DNA from: Pelomyxa schiedti
Lineage: Eukaryota > Protista > Evosea
Length of the DNA: 64,000 bases
Direction of reading: 5' to 3'
Assembly (NCBI GenBank): GCA_020536535.1
Contig: JAHLWZ010000849.1
Span: 11,311-75,310 of the forward strand
Below are positions 1-12,537 of this stretch, piece after piece; the first letter of the stretch is position 1; each line of letters begins with the position of its first letter. The notes below the pieces were generated by a model, which ran no database searches, was not told the DNA's origin, and was given only the letters and a program-made list of their open reading frames with translations. A program made the translations under genes and the position numbers.

Positions 1-2506
1 AATTATTCTTATTTCCCTTCTCTAACAAAAAAGCAAGGTTTCCTTTGGGAGAGCTGAGCAATTCCAAACGTTCACCATACCAGGAAATTCTACAGGCCTA
101 ATCACTGTACCGGTATACGTTTTCCCTCAGTTCTGGGTTTTTCACACTTTTTTTTTAGGTCTACAACGTTTCACAACAACAGTGGTCATGGCAAATCACT
201 ACTTGTAATTTGGAAGGCAAATGTATAAGTAGTATGAAAAGTGTATGTGCAACTAAGTAATTTCTCTTCTAACCAACAACAAGTTTTTCAAAGTATGCCA
301 GCGACCTGCTGCAACAACGTTGCTTTACCCTCTAGATAACACATCTGCGCTATTAAATACAGGTACTAAAAAATGTAATGCCATACCTCCTCTCTTAACT
401 TCGAGACAGGTGTGAAACTTCAGTGGGCTCCTTTTACAAGTGAAATGGTTGGCTCCCCCTGTGCGGACACCCTCACTCCTCCAACGATATTTGTTTACAT
501 GGAATCTATTGATTCTCTGGGGCAGGATGGGATACCCTACAGCGTCGTATTTTCTGCACAATCAACAGCTGCAACAGAAACTGCCGAAATGGGTACATCT
601 CATGTCTTTATCAAGGAGTGTCTAAAGGCTTTACAAACAAATAGATCTCCCACTAAATACCACGTTCTGTTGGCGGGTTGCCCTACTCTCAGGATATGAC
701 ACGGCCAGTTCTGACACTTTCTTCTTCACTACTAGAGCCCGAGATTGCACTTCCGTGGACTGCAACGGCCACGGCACTTGCATTGATTCTACCCTAGAAT
801 GCAGTTGCTATTATGGGTGGAATGGTCCTTTCTGCACCGATCACTCAAGTTCTGAAGGAACCCACGGTGAGTAAGGGCAATCTTCTTTCATTCAGTGAAA
901 AATATGAAGGCAAGTCTGTGAATGCCATTGCTGTGGGCGTTGGCGTTTCAGGTGGCGCTGTTTGTCTCATCGCACTTCTGGTTGGTATGGCCTTATTGGC
1001 AGGACGCAGGCGTCGAGAAAAGCTCCCTGACTTCACTTCTCTCAAATTTACAAAAGGTTATTTCTCTCTGGGAGTAAATTTAGTTACCCAACACACCCCA
1101 AAGTTGACGTACCTCCATTAAATGAAGCTGAACAAGTGTTATTGGCTGAGAAGACTAATGAAGTTTTGGCGGTATGAAGCACAGGCCGAGATTTTACTTT
1201 TTCTCACATACAGTTTCAGTTCCTTTCGGATGCTGGAACCAGTCCTTTTGCTCCTGCAGATGCCTTATTACAACAAATTGAGATAACAGAATCGGAAAAT
1301 ATATGCAAGTCCCTTGTTTATGCTTATACACAGGCTGGCAAAGGTTTTTGTATTTTTTTTTTGAAACACAAGTTGCTTACTGTGTAACTTCAGGACTTGA
1401 TTTTGTATGCCACCTAGTAATGAAAGAGGTCGAATCATGTGATAAAGATATTGGTCTTTTCCGAAACAACAGCAATGCCACAAAGGTTTTCCTTTCGTCG
1501 AGTCTTCTACCATTGACATGGTCAGGCGTTTAAATTCTATTCCAAAATTGTTGGTATTGAGTATATGTACCGAACTCTAGCTGTTTTGTTTTATGGTATC
1601 CTCACCCCCCTCCGTTGGGTTCTGACTTTTATCACAGAGCTTAAAAAGAAACAAGCAGAAGAAACTGACAAGGTACGTTCCACATTTCTAAGCAATCATT
1701 AATCCTTGAAGGCTGGCTCAATTGAGTTATTTGAAACTCACCTGGAACTCGACCCTGAGAAGCTTGGTGATACAAGTGACGAAAACTTGAATACCCTACT
1801 GTTGCAATTGATGTGCCAGAAATTTGTTACACAAATCTCTAAATCGGCTCCGCATCTCCCAGAGTAATTTACTATTAATTAATATCTTTTTCCTCTAATT
1901 TTTACCTAGTGACCTGAAAGCCATATGCCGTGTGATACACAGTTCTGTTGCCGAGAAATTCCCAGGCCGTGAGAACGTGGCACTCGGTGCCTTTTTGTTT
2001 CTCAGGTTGGTACTGAAAGTATGAAAATAATAACGTAACCAACAACGTCTCAGGTTTTTCAATACGGCCATTGCAATGCCGGAAGTGTTCGGGCTCCTTC
2101 CTGGTCAAAATTTATTTACATTTCAACATATACACTTATTTAGACTAGAATCCCCATCATCAGAATTCCGACATGAACTCACCATGGTTTGCAAAGTCTT
2201 GCAAGGCCTTGCAAACCAAGTTTTGTTTGGTAATAAGGAGGAGTTCATGGTTCCCCTCAACGGGTTCCTGGAGGATAACTTTGGCGTAATCAACCGCTTC
2301 TATGCCAATATTCTCAAGGTTTGCCCTGTTTATGTACTTTGCACCGTTACTCACCTCCTCTTCTTCAGGACACACCCAGTACTGCCGCTCCCACACCTGT
2401 TGTGATCCCCTCACAATACTACGAATCAGCCATCGCATGCATAGCGACGCAACTGATCATCCAAGAAGGACTTCAGAAGCAGAAGCAGAAGAAACACAAG
2501 CAGTGA
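1..2506 (+). CDS. Single-pass receptor-like RasGAP (FN3-like repeats, EGF-like, TM, cytoplasmic RasGAP); multi-exon, 5' end outside the window
   Basis: Exons encode FN3-like 'VKLQWAP...FCWRVALL...FFFTT' and EGF-like 'CTSVDCNGHGTCIDSTLECSCYYGWNGPFC' (~745-835). A TM 'AIAVGVGVSGGAVCLIALLVGMALLAG' is followed by RRRR. RasGAP motifs follow: arginine finger 'LFRNNSNATK', 'VFLR/FFNTAIAMPEVFGL', 'KVLQGLANQVLFGNKEEFMVPLNGFL'. TGA at 2504-2506. Confidence 0.85.
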
Positions 2507-2624
2507 GCTGGAAGTTAGGTTGTATTCAATCACCCCTGTGTCAATTAGAATAGAAAAATTACTTTATCGGGCCGAATTTTCCTCTTTCTTGTCTTTTTTT
2601 TTTTTTTCTCATTTACTACAAAAC

Positions 2625-4781
2625 ATGACGGGGGAGCCACAGCCACTCACGTTAGCGGAGGAGTTCTTGTGCGATCTAGATGACGAGGAAGATGACGATG
2701 AGGGAGCGGGAGATCTTGGGCAGCCCCGGGAGGGATCAACCCGATTGGCTGACGACTCGGCGTCTATGGATGAGAAGTCCACCACCACCACCACCACCGC
2801 CACCACTACTACGACGACAACGAGCAGCACTGTAAAGACCGAAGAGGGCGAAGGCGAAAGCGGGGCGGCCGAGGACGCGGCGGAAGAAATGTTGGCTCAG
2901 AGGGATGCCAAGTCGATTGCCAAAATCTTGCATAGCGAAAAACTAACGGCACTGATGAAGGTGTGCCTGACTTATGTCACTTTCTCCTCTAACAAATACC
3001 TGCAAGCAAGTGGAGCATTATTCTATGATTGGGAGAGCTCCCACTTCTGGGCCTATTGTTGGCTCTATCGAGGACGACAAAGAATACCAACTTATGCAAC
3101 AAGCTAACAATATGGCAGTGGAGATATCAAACGAAATGGAGGTCTGTGACGTCATTATTCATCAATTTATGCGTGAATTTAATTTGTTAGACAGGCTCTA
3201 CACAAGTACGTGCGAGACCTCTATTCAGCCAGATTCCCTGAGCTAGAATCTCTCATTCCGCTACCTATTGACTATGCTCGCACAATCATACGAATAGGAA
3301 ATGAAATGGTATCCCAACTCGTTTCTTCACCTAATTTTTTTCTTAGTTTCTTGTAGGATATAACTCGTGTTGACCTGACGGACATCCTTCCCCCTCCTTT
3401 AATCATGGGTGTTGCTGTCAGTGGTAGTAGTACAAACACACAATCAAAGGTACTAGACCCAGAGACCCTCCAGCGAGTACTGGATGGGTGTCAGATGATA
3501 ATTCGACTGGATGCCATCAAGCAGAGGGTAAGATTGCTTTGCAGAGCTACTGACTCAATATTTTGCAGATCTTGGACTATGTCGAAAGTAGAATGCTGTT
3601 TATTGCCCCAAATGTAACTGCTATTGTGGGTAGTACTATAGCAGCCAAGATTATGGGTGCTGCTGGTGGACTTAATGCTCTTGCCAGACTCCCTGCAAGC
3701 ACAATACAGGTTTCATTTGGCTTCTTAGATATTCCTGCTAATAGGAGCAAAGATTCTTGGGCAAAAGAGGTCCAATCTCACTGGTTTTGCTGCATCCCAT
3801 TTCAGGTTGCACACCGGCTATATATATGATTGTGACATCATCAAGAAGACACCAATTGATCTGAGAATGAGAGCATGTCGGCTTATTGCTGGAAGGCATG
3901 TACACTTCCACTTCTATTTCTCATCTAATCATTCAAAGGCTAACGCTTGCTGTTCGAGTAGATAACACCAATGACGCGGCTGCAGGTAAGCAACCGAAAT
4001 ATATTACTCTTACCTTCTTTTGAAAGTCACTGGTGAAATTGGTCGCAAGTTGCACGACTTTATTGTGAAGCGAATTGAAGTATGGCAAGAACCCCCACCA
4101 ACAAAACAGGTCAAGCCCTTGGCGGCTCCAGATGATAAACCAAAGAAGAGACGTGGAGGAAAAAGGTATTTCTTGTGTCTTTTCTTTTCCTTGTGTTTGT
4201 AGGGATGGGGGGGACGGCTGCTGTACTCGGTAAACAATCCACTAATAGAGACTGGCTCCAGAGTTCGCAAATTGAAAGAGAGATTTGCTGTCACTGAAGT
4301 AAGAAAGCAAGCTAATAGGATTCCTTTTGGTGGTGTGGAAGAGACATTCAGGGAGAGCGGCAAAGGATTCGGAATGCTGGGGCTCTCTGGTAGTGGCAAG
4401 GTATCATGCAACTCTAATTTCCTGGATACCAACTGTCACTTACTAGTTACGCATCTCTGCAACCGACAAAGGCATAATAAAGAAGAACCGCAAGGATCGT
4501 ACGTCAGGAGGCTCTGCGTCCACTGCCGGTGGAATTCGATCTGTAGTCAGTGGCTTCCGGTCGTCTGCCAGTGGATTCTCCAGCAGTCTTTCATTCACTC
4601 CAGTACAGGGAATAGAATTAGTGAACCCCAGTCTTGCTAGAGGCCCCATGCCCCCTCCATCGACAATCCCATCCTCTAAAGAGTGTGTACATTTTCCCTT
4701 CTAAAATCCAGTCTCACCTCCATTTTCTACAGCTACTTTGCCGACACAGCCTCCTTCGTTGCCCCCAAGAAGAACACTTGA
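2625..4781 (+). CDS. PRPF31: U4/U6.U5 snRNP protein Prp31 (multi-exon)
   Basis: 'LTLAEEFLCDL', 'YSARFPELESLIP', Nop domain 'YVESRMLFIAPNVTAIVGSTIAAKIMGAAGGL', 'KPKKRRGGKR/VRKLKERFAVTEVRKQANRIPFG', 'SGFSSSLSFTPVQGIELVNP'. Confidence 0.95.
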
Positions 4782-4985
4782 CACATCATACCTCGGCTCG
4801 TCGTCTTTTTTTTTCTACCTAAAAAATAATAGATTGTTCTATAGGTTCTTCGTCTAACCGGCTCGTCCATCGAATCTTTTTTCATGCAACAAACAAAACT
4901 GAAAAATAAAAAAAAAATAAAAAAAAGGGTGGTAGAGACACCAACACACACCATCGACACCGAACAGTTACGCCCATAATTCAAT

Positions 4986-6963
4986 ATGGAGGTCGAGGCG
5001 AGGGGCATAAATATGTGGCTTTTGGGGATGCCGATCAAGGGCTTTGTCATCACATACTTCGTGGCCGCCCTGTTGTTTGCTGGTTCAATTTTGATCGGCG
5101 GTGCCTTGGGTACTTTTCCTGCTTTTTTCCTTTTTTCCCATTGGCTTGTAGTCGTGACACCTCCCCCCCTTTTTTTTCCTTTTTCCTTCTTTCTTTTTCC
5201 CCTCCTTTGTGTTGGGTGCATATATTTAGGACCTGATGTATGGACACGATATGTTGACACGGCTTGGAAGTGCGGTACAAGCTCACCGATTGTCTTTGAT
5301 CCCTCGAATTGCACTGGTGTTGATCTCAGTGTTCCTGGCTCTGTGTATCAGTATACTCTGAGTGACATGGGCCAATTGAATCAAGAGATAGACCTATATA
5401 TTAAACTTGTAATTTCCTATCGTGTGTGTTTGAGTGAACCAACGGATGGTTACCAGAGTAATTTGAGAGCTGACACTGGAATTGAGCGCGATGTGTACTT
5501 TAATATCAGCATTATTGGAGCCAATGAACCAGGGAATTGGGAATCTGTGACCAAAGATACTCTTACTCACCGAGTGATCAGCTGTGACCGGGTACCTATA
5601 ATTAAGACCAAACTTTATTTCCCAATGACCCATTAGGGATCCTACTGGTGCGATCGTGTCATTTTGGCCAGTGTACCCTTTGTGCACTTCACCAGATACC
5701 AGTATTATATATCAGCATATCTTACTGAGGAGTACTTTGGTGATGCCGAATTCACTGTACTCTCTATCTCCAGTGAGAGCCCACTAACTTTCAACCCCAG
5801 TTCGAATTTGTAAATGCCTCAAACACTGAGTTTGAATTGTGGTGGAGATTCACATTTTTGGGTCTGACCTTTTTTGCTATATGCCTATTTTCTTGGTTTA
5901 TTCGCAAGCTCAAATTGCCAAATTGGGCTATTGAACAAAAGTACATTTTCACTCATTTCAGCGGCCAAGTATTCACTAAATGAAGGTGGACATCAATACT
6001 CCTCTTCGCCCTTGTTGGCTATAATAGTATGCCATTTCCCATTGAAAAACTAAACTCACCAATTCGGCTCAGATCCTGCTTTTCCACTTTTCTTGCTTTT
6101 TGATGGCTGGTTCCCTATCTTCATAAATCAAGTTTTGACGACGATATTTTACGCCGTCCTACTGCTTTACTGGCTGGTTACATTTGATGGAATTCGTAAG
6201 GTTAAAAGAGTCCTGCATCCATCAAAGCTCATCATCCAAAGGAGTCACAAAAAATGTCGGCTCTTAAGTTCTATCTCCCGAAGTTTATATATGTTGGTGT
6301 ATGCTGGGCACTCATCGTTTTAGTTCTCACTTGGAATCAAATGCACAAAATCGATGACCCAACCCACTCTTACACAACTGACATTGGAGGATATATGGTG
6401 AAACCACAGTAACTTCGCAGCTTCTTCTAACCTGTTTTGAAAGTTCTTTGCTATTGGGGCTCTCATACTCATCCTGATTTATGTTGCCTGGGTGGGCTAT
6501 GTAATATTCCGTGCGTTTGTGGAAAGCAGCGGCGCACTATTCCTAAGAACACGAATCCGGTTCTTTGGAGGATTTACCATTTTTGTCATGATCCTGTTCT
6601 CGTTCCTGCTTGTCATAACATTCTACTCGCACCCCAGCATTGAGAACAATGCTGCGAAATTTTTGACTACCATAGCTCTTGCCAACATCTATGTATGGGT
6701 GCTGGTTGTAATGTTCCTCCCGGTTAAAGATGCCAGTTACGATTCCCTTCCTTCACATTCCAACAACAAAAACAAACCAACCAACACAAATACCGGTGCT
6801 CATTCCAACAACAGTTGAAAACCAAGACGTGAGGAAGGATATCGCCATGACACACATTGAGGGAGAGACACACAGTGAATTCCCAAATGAAGAGTTCCCT
6901 GCCGCCAACACAGGCGATGAAGAGAGCCAGAAGAAGAAAGTTCAACTCAACCTCAAATCATAA
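4986..6963 (+). CDS. TMEM181: TMEM181-family multipass membrane protein (multi-exon; last exon uncertain, alternative stop at 6818)
   Basis: N-terminal 'MWLLGMPIKGFVITYF' TM, a luminal loop, then 'WAIEQK/WTSILLFALVGYN..P.FP', which matches the TMEM181 WxIEQKW...YNDPFFP motif. Several further TMs follow, ending in 'NNAAKFLTTIALANIYVWVLVVMFLP'. Confidence 0.8.
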
Positions 6964-7086
6964 CCCCAGACCAACCACCCTTGTTAGTTAGACGTTTTTT
7001 TGAAATAAAAAATCTTTTTTTTTCATAAATTATGCTATTAGTATACGGCTGGTGTTGTTAAGGGGGAGACAAAAAGATAAAGTGTA

Positions 7087-10014
7087 TCAAGTAAAGTCCA
7101 CAACTGGGGGAGGGGATGTGGCTGCGGTTGTTGTTCGTGAGGATGCGGAGGTGGATGAGCGGAGGTCAGTTGAAAGGGACAATTTGTCTGCAGAAGCTAT
7201 GTTCCGCCGTCCTCTAGTCGTGAATGAATCATCCACTTTGAGAAAGTCTTGCTGGATGCAGTGCTCGTCGAGGATGGCGAGTGCTGCCCCGTACTGCTCC
7301 ATGCAGGCTTCGGTTTCATGCTGGGAAATGCTCTCGGTTGCTGCTGCATAGTCCCTTTTCTTTAAGGAAGCTTTGAGTCCGGCCATTATCTCTTCCGCCC
7401 TGCTCTCGTCTGGGGTAGCCTCTCCTTTTTTTGCAACAAGGTGGTACACGTGCGTGATCCTGGTACGATAGCCCCGCAGTACAACAGCATCCAGCCAAAC
7501 ACAGACAAAAGAGGATTTCACTGCCTTGTAGATTTGCCCACTAATCAGTGGTGAAACTCCGTATACCTTACCTGCCTGTTCCAGTCTTGCCGAAAGGTTA
7601 GCCACATTTCCACATACTGAATGTATTTTTTGTGGTGTTAGTGGTCTCGATCTAGTCAGTGCGGAAGGTTTACCAGTGTAGTTAATTCTTTGCTCGTACC
7701 CAATATTGCCAACTAGCAGGTTTCCGGAGTGTATACCAACTCTGGTTTTCAACTGGGAGTAGTGTTGAGCAGGAAGCTTAATTGAGATGAAATTTACTTG
7801 GGGATATTTCGAAGGGAATGATGCATTAAGGGAAGCAAGGGCAGAACCAAATTCAATTGCGCTCATGCATGCTTCTATTTCAGAGGTTTCTAAGGGTTCC
7901 GGCGCTCCCCAAATTGCCATGATGCAGTCCCTTGATGAACATTATATTACCTCTTGAATGTTTAAAACTTTACCCTATGTATTTATCAATACACCCAGAG
8001 TGTTTCATTATAACATCGGAGAAGCAGCCAAACCAACTCTTCAAAATTTCTGCAACCACCCCTTTCGAGTAGCTCTCTGAAATTCCAGAGAAGCCCTGAG
8101 CACTGTAAGTTGATATACATACTAACCACACTGCAAACCTGAATGTCGCAAAACATAATCGTGAGGTGGGCCGGTTTCATTGTAAGTAGATCAGTAACAT
8201 TGCTGGTGAGAATTTCCTTAACAAGAGGCTTTGGCACGTATTTCGTCATCATGGCAACTCCTGCGACAGTTTAGTACGAAGCTTGCCAGAGCACATTTGA
8301 TACCAGTTCTTAAGCTCGAAAATGTATTGATGATGCCATTAATCTCGGATACCCTTGATAATTGTGGAGCCAAAGAAAAATCCAGCCCAACAACTGCCTT
8401 CATGGCTTGGTTCACTGAACTCAGTGGCTTGCTCACTTGATAATTGACCAGCACCACTGTGAGAGCCACAAACACTATTGTCATGATTATACTGACGACT
8501 GGAAATTTCCAGTCAGCGTTGTCAAAGACAGGTTGATCAATGACTATTATCACCCAGTCTAAGCCGGGTCGCGATAGGGGCACAGCAGTAGCAAAAACTT
8601 GAGAAATTTAAAGGTAAGAATCAAAGCAGGAAAGTGAACCGGTGGGCGTCATCCATTGTGCAAAGCCGTTCTTTGATGCGTTAAGCCAGGTGCCATAACG
8701 ACGCACTACTATTTCATTAGCCTCCTTAACTTTGGGAAGTTCAATGTCGGAAATGTCGATTGGAATTTCAAATCCCTCCGTTGTTAGCTTGCTAAGGGCT
8801 ATGGAGCTATCTGTCGTGCCGTACACGCTCTGGTCTGAGTCGGCGAGAAGAACTATTGCCGTTTCCATACTGAAAGACTGGGGAAAACTTGTCAGTGATA
8901 TTAGTGAAGTACTGTTCACACACATGGAGAACTCGATCTGTCATGCTCAAAGAAAAATCCACTCCAACAACGCCGATGAATTCGTTGTCTTGAAACGCTG
9001 CATGAGAAAAAGAAACTAAGGTCCCATCTTGATATATGTAAGGTTCTGTCCAGCTCTTAGAGTCCTCTTGGGAAAATTTAGTGAATAATTGAGTGAGTGG
9101 ATTGTCTTACTCTCTGGACTTAGTATTGTGTACCACTCCCCCTCAGTGTTGTTGACTGGGGTGACGGTATCAATAAGTGATATTACATGACCAAGTCCAT
9201 CAATTTTGTAGCGGTACTGAGTACCATCTTTCCACCACCAACTACCAAAGCCCACCTGGACAAACCATCAGGATAAAAACTGAAGCACAGTGTGGCATAC
9301 ACTATCGACCCAGGTACCATACAATCCCTGTGGGTGGTAAGGAAATTAGGAAAACTTTATTTCAAACTTACCCCCTGTTTTGTTGTCAGCCACACAGATG
9401 TTGAAATATTGAACCCCCTCAAAAAATCGAGGCTTACACCTATTGTGTAGTTCAAGTTGTCCATGTTCAGGGTCTTTTTCCCACTTGTGAGTTAGTTCTA
9501 GAAAATGTAACTTACACTAAAACCTTTGACTCAAACATCTGTGCAAAACTTCGAGTCATTGTCTCTGCTTCCATGAAGGTATTGAGAACTCCGGTGTAAA
9601 CACCCGTGATGCTTGACTTAGACAATTCGCCAGATGATTGCCGGACTTGTTGGTTGTATGTTACAGCTTGCTGTACAACAATTATTACTTCTGGAGTGGA
9701 ACGAACGTTACCATGACAATTGCCACACAGGTAGGTGCCCAAACAGCAACACAGATCTACCATAATCAGTAAAGAAAAAAAAGATGTGCCAACAAACCAC
9801 AAATATTAGTATACAACTCAGAGGCACACTCCTCCTCTTGGGATCTAGATTCACAATAGCGTTATTGCATATTCTACCGCCCCAACACAACAATACTAAT
9901 ACTGTATAAAAACCTACCAACACCAAAAAAACTCAGAGACCAACCGGGAATTGATGCCTCCTCTTTGTCATTTTCGTCCACTGGGCGCACAGCCGAACTC
10001 CTTCTCGTTGGCAT
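7087..10014 (-). CDS. Membrane-bound class III nucleotidyl (probably adenylyl) cyclase: TM, Cache-like sensor, TM, HAMP, cyclase; start approximate
   Basis: Catalytic motifs 'TIMFCDIQ', 'IDKYIG/DCIMAIWGAP', 'RVGIHSGNLLVGNIG..RINYT', 'GNVANLSARLEQ'. HAMP 'VSKPLSSVNQAMKAV...SEINGIINTF' follows the second TM. Confidence 0.85.
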
Positions 10015-10297
10015 TGCGATTATTGGCCGTAGTAAATCCTAGGATTTTCGTTGGGTACAATTTGGATTGTTTTTTCCTTGGTCTTTGTCGGTAAGGCGTT
10101 TTGGCACATTGATCTAAGGTCCGTTTTATTCGGCGTTGTTGATCATGGGGCTTTCTCGGAGAAGAGATTATGCACCTTAAGAGGAGAAAAATGCCTTCCG
10201 TTACTGGCAACATTCGAATGTCTTGTATGGCATGGTGCGAAAGATTGATCATTTTGTACACTTTGTACATTTCATTTTGGCTGTTATGGAATGGAGT

Positions 10298-11696
10298 TCA
10301 GCTGAGGACCATTCTTCCTCTTTGAATCACAAGGCAATCTGAGGAACTACAGCGCACTATCTTGGTGCCCTTGTTCTCTGGTGATGTGCTTCTTGTTCTT
10401 TCAGTTTCTGCGGCATGAGCTGCTAAAACAGCTCCACGGCAAAAAGTTTGTTCCTGTGGTGTATTGTTGGGGTTTTTTAATAGTTTATTTACTCATCTAG
10501 GGGTTTCGGATGTGTGATAACTGCATGAACATACAAGTTTGTTTTCCCCGGCTGTTGACAATGGCTTCAGGGGGAAATATTCACTGGAATACTTGCGAAT
10601 TCTTGTATACAACTCAACATATCTTGTTTTATGTCTAGAAGTTTAGACGAGAAGATTGTGTGGACCTGGAGCGACTGACCCCCACGGAAAAGTGCATTAA
10701 GTTGAGAAATTCCATCTCGAGGAGATTTAACCCTTCAACTGTGAGCAGGTCAAATGCGGGTAGGTAATCAGCCTTGAAATTTTTGTTCAGGGTTACAAAA
10801 GTATTTTGGAAAACGCACATTCCAGATGGCATGGTCTTCCCAAACCTACAGTTTCAATCAACGAGGATTTCATAGAATGAAATTATTACTTTGGATGCCA
10901 CCATAATACAAGAAAGGGTCAGTCTACTCCACGTTTCAGCACACAAGGCGCATCCACCATTAAAAAGGGATTCAACATAACTCTGCATCAGTTAACAACA
11001 TTGTACATATATTTACGCAATACCAGTGACATTATGGCCACTTCTGGGTCCAGCTGAGGTTTAGGTTAAGGTTGTTGGCATAAAGAGTAGTAACTGCATA
11101 CAGTCATTGCCCGGAACACAGTTTTGTAGAAGCTGTGGATTTCTTCTGCAGTTGGTTCCCTTGTAGGCTCTCCGCAACTCTGATTACTTTTTACATTTAA
11201 TTTCTTAAATAAGAGTGTTCAGCATACGATAATGGTCAGGGGGTGTTCAATTTCTGAGAATATTGGGTGTACAATTTTTTCTGGGGTATTTATTTTCAAC
11301 AGGGAGAGGAGCTCCATAGAAACACTGCATAAAATGTCAGGCAATCGAGTAAAATCCAAAATTACCAGCGCAAAAGTTCGTCCAAATCAGGAGTCGTGAG
11401 AACTGTTTTACAGTACAAAGAACTTGTTGAGTTGGACAACGACGTCCTTCTTACTCTTGTAATAGTCCTAGTTGCCTCAGCTCCAGCAGATAAAAAAAAA
11501 AAAAAATACGTGGTTTCCGTAGTAGTCGTGGGAGACGAATGAGCACTACCACTACAAGGTGGAACATGGTCTATAATGTAATTTTCAGCCTGTGAGAAGT
11601 AGAGGAATCCAAAAGGGAATAACTACTTTCCAAGGGGGTTTCTTCCACAATTGGTACTGTCTCCGCCAATGCTGTTCGCCTCGTTGTTGATGCCAT
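10298..11696 (-). CDS. Cyclin-Y-like cyclin (multi-exon)
   Basis: Exons read 'HPIFSEIEHPL', 'PTAEEIHSFYKTVF', 'PEVAIMSLV..YVESL', 'ETWSRLTLSCIMVASK/VWEDHAIWN', 'NLLEMEFLNLMHFSVGV', which follow the cyclin Y box pattern. Confidence 0.8.
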
Positions 11697-12537
11697 TCCC
11701 CTGATTTTGCTTTTTTTTTTTTTTTCTGAATCTTTTTCCTCCGAACTTATTCCTTATGGGAAGATTCGTCTGGCTTGAAATACGCCGAAATGCAGTGGGT
11801 GATAATATCGACTTCAGCCCTGGGGGGAAAGTTGTAGTTTGCAGGAGGTTTTTCAACACGTCCAGCCCTGTTTTTCTATGGTCGTTTACTTGCTTGAATT
11901 TTGGTGAACGAACAATTGTTGTGGCCGGACCAGCACAATGAGTATGGCGGGTATCACTTTGGGCACCACAGCAACACGAAAATCAAAGGAAGCGAGATAT
12001 TAAAAAACGGTTTTTTTTTTTTTTTCAATGCTCACTGAAAAGTGAGGCTACAAAAATTGGGACTGGCCAGTGGCCTGAGTCCACGAGGCATTGGAGTTAG
12101 TTTGCAATCAGCAAAAAATCTACGCCATCCCTTACGGTCATCAGCTGTAGAAATACCCCAAGCGCAAGAACTGAGATTTTCTCTTAAAGACCCCTCGCAT
12201 TTTGTCCGGCTCCCGCGGTCCCAATTGTGGGTATAGGATGTCCCACAATGACGCAGTTCCGGGTCAGCGACGTTATTCGCAGAGTCCGTGGAGTATTTTC
12301 TTCAACAATGAAAACAAAAAAACCAGGGTGAGCACCTAGCTACCTTCCGGGCCTTTACTGGTCCGGTTCATCGGTGCTCCCCTTACTTTTTTCTTGGAGT
12401 CTCTGCCTCATTGCAGTTCTCCTTTTTATTAAAAAAACAAACAACAACTACATACCGTTTCCTTGGAGCTCGTTTCGCTAAACTTTAATTGTTCCCTTCA
12501 GTTCCACATCATTCAATCAATTTAAAAAGATGGGGTT

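Noticed and set aside
1596-1637. U12-type introns suggested by GTATCC donors (1596, 3309, 59655)
   Set aside because: None has the full GTATCCTT donor or a TCCTTAAC branch site, so ordinary U2 introns suffice.
7087-10014. Bacterial contamination suggested by the bacterial-like cyclase
   Set aside because: The gene is interrupted by multiple spliceosomal introns and lies among eukaryotic genes.
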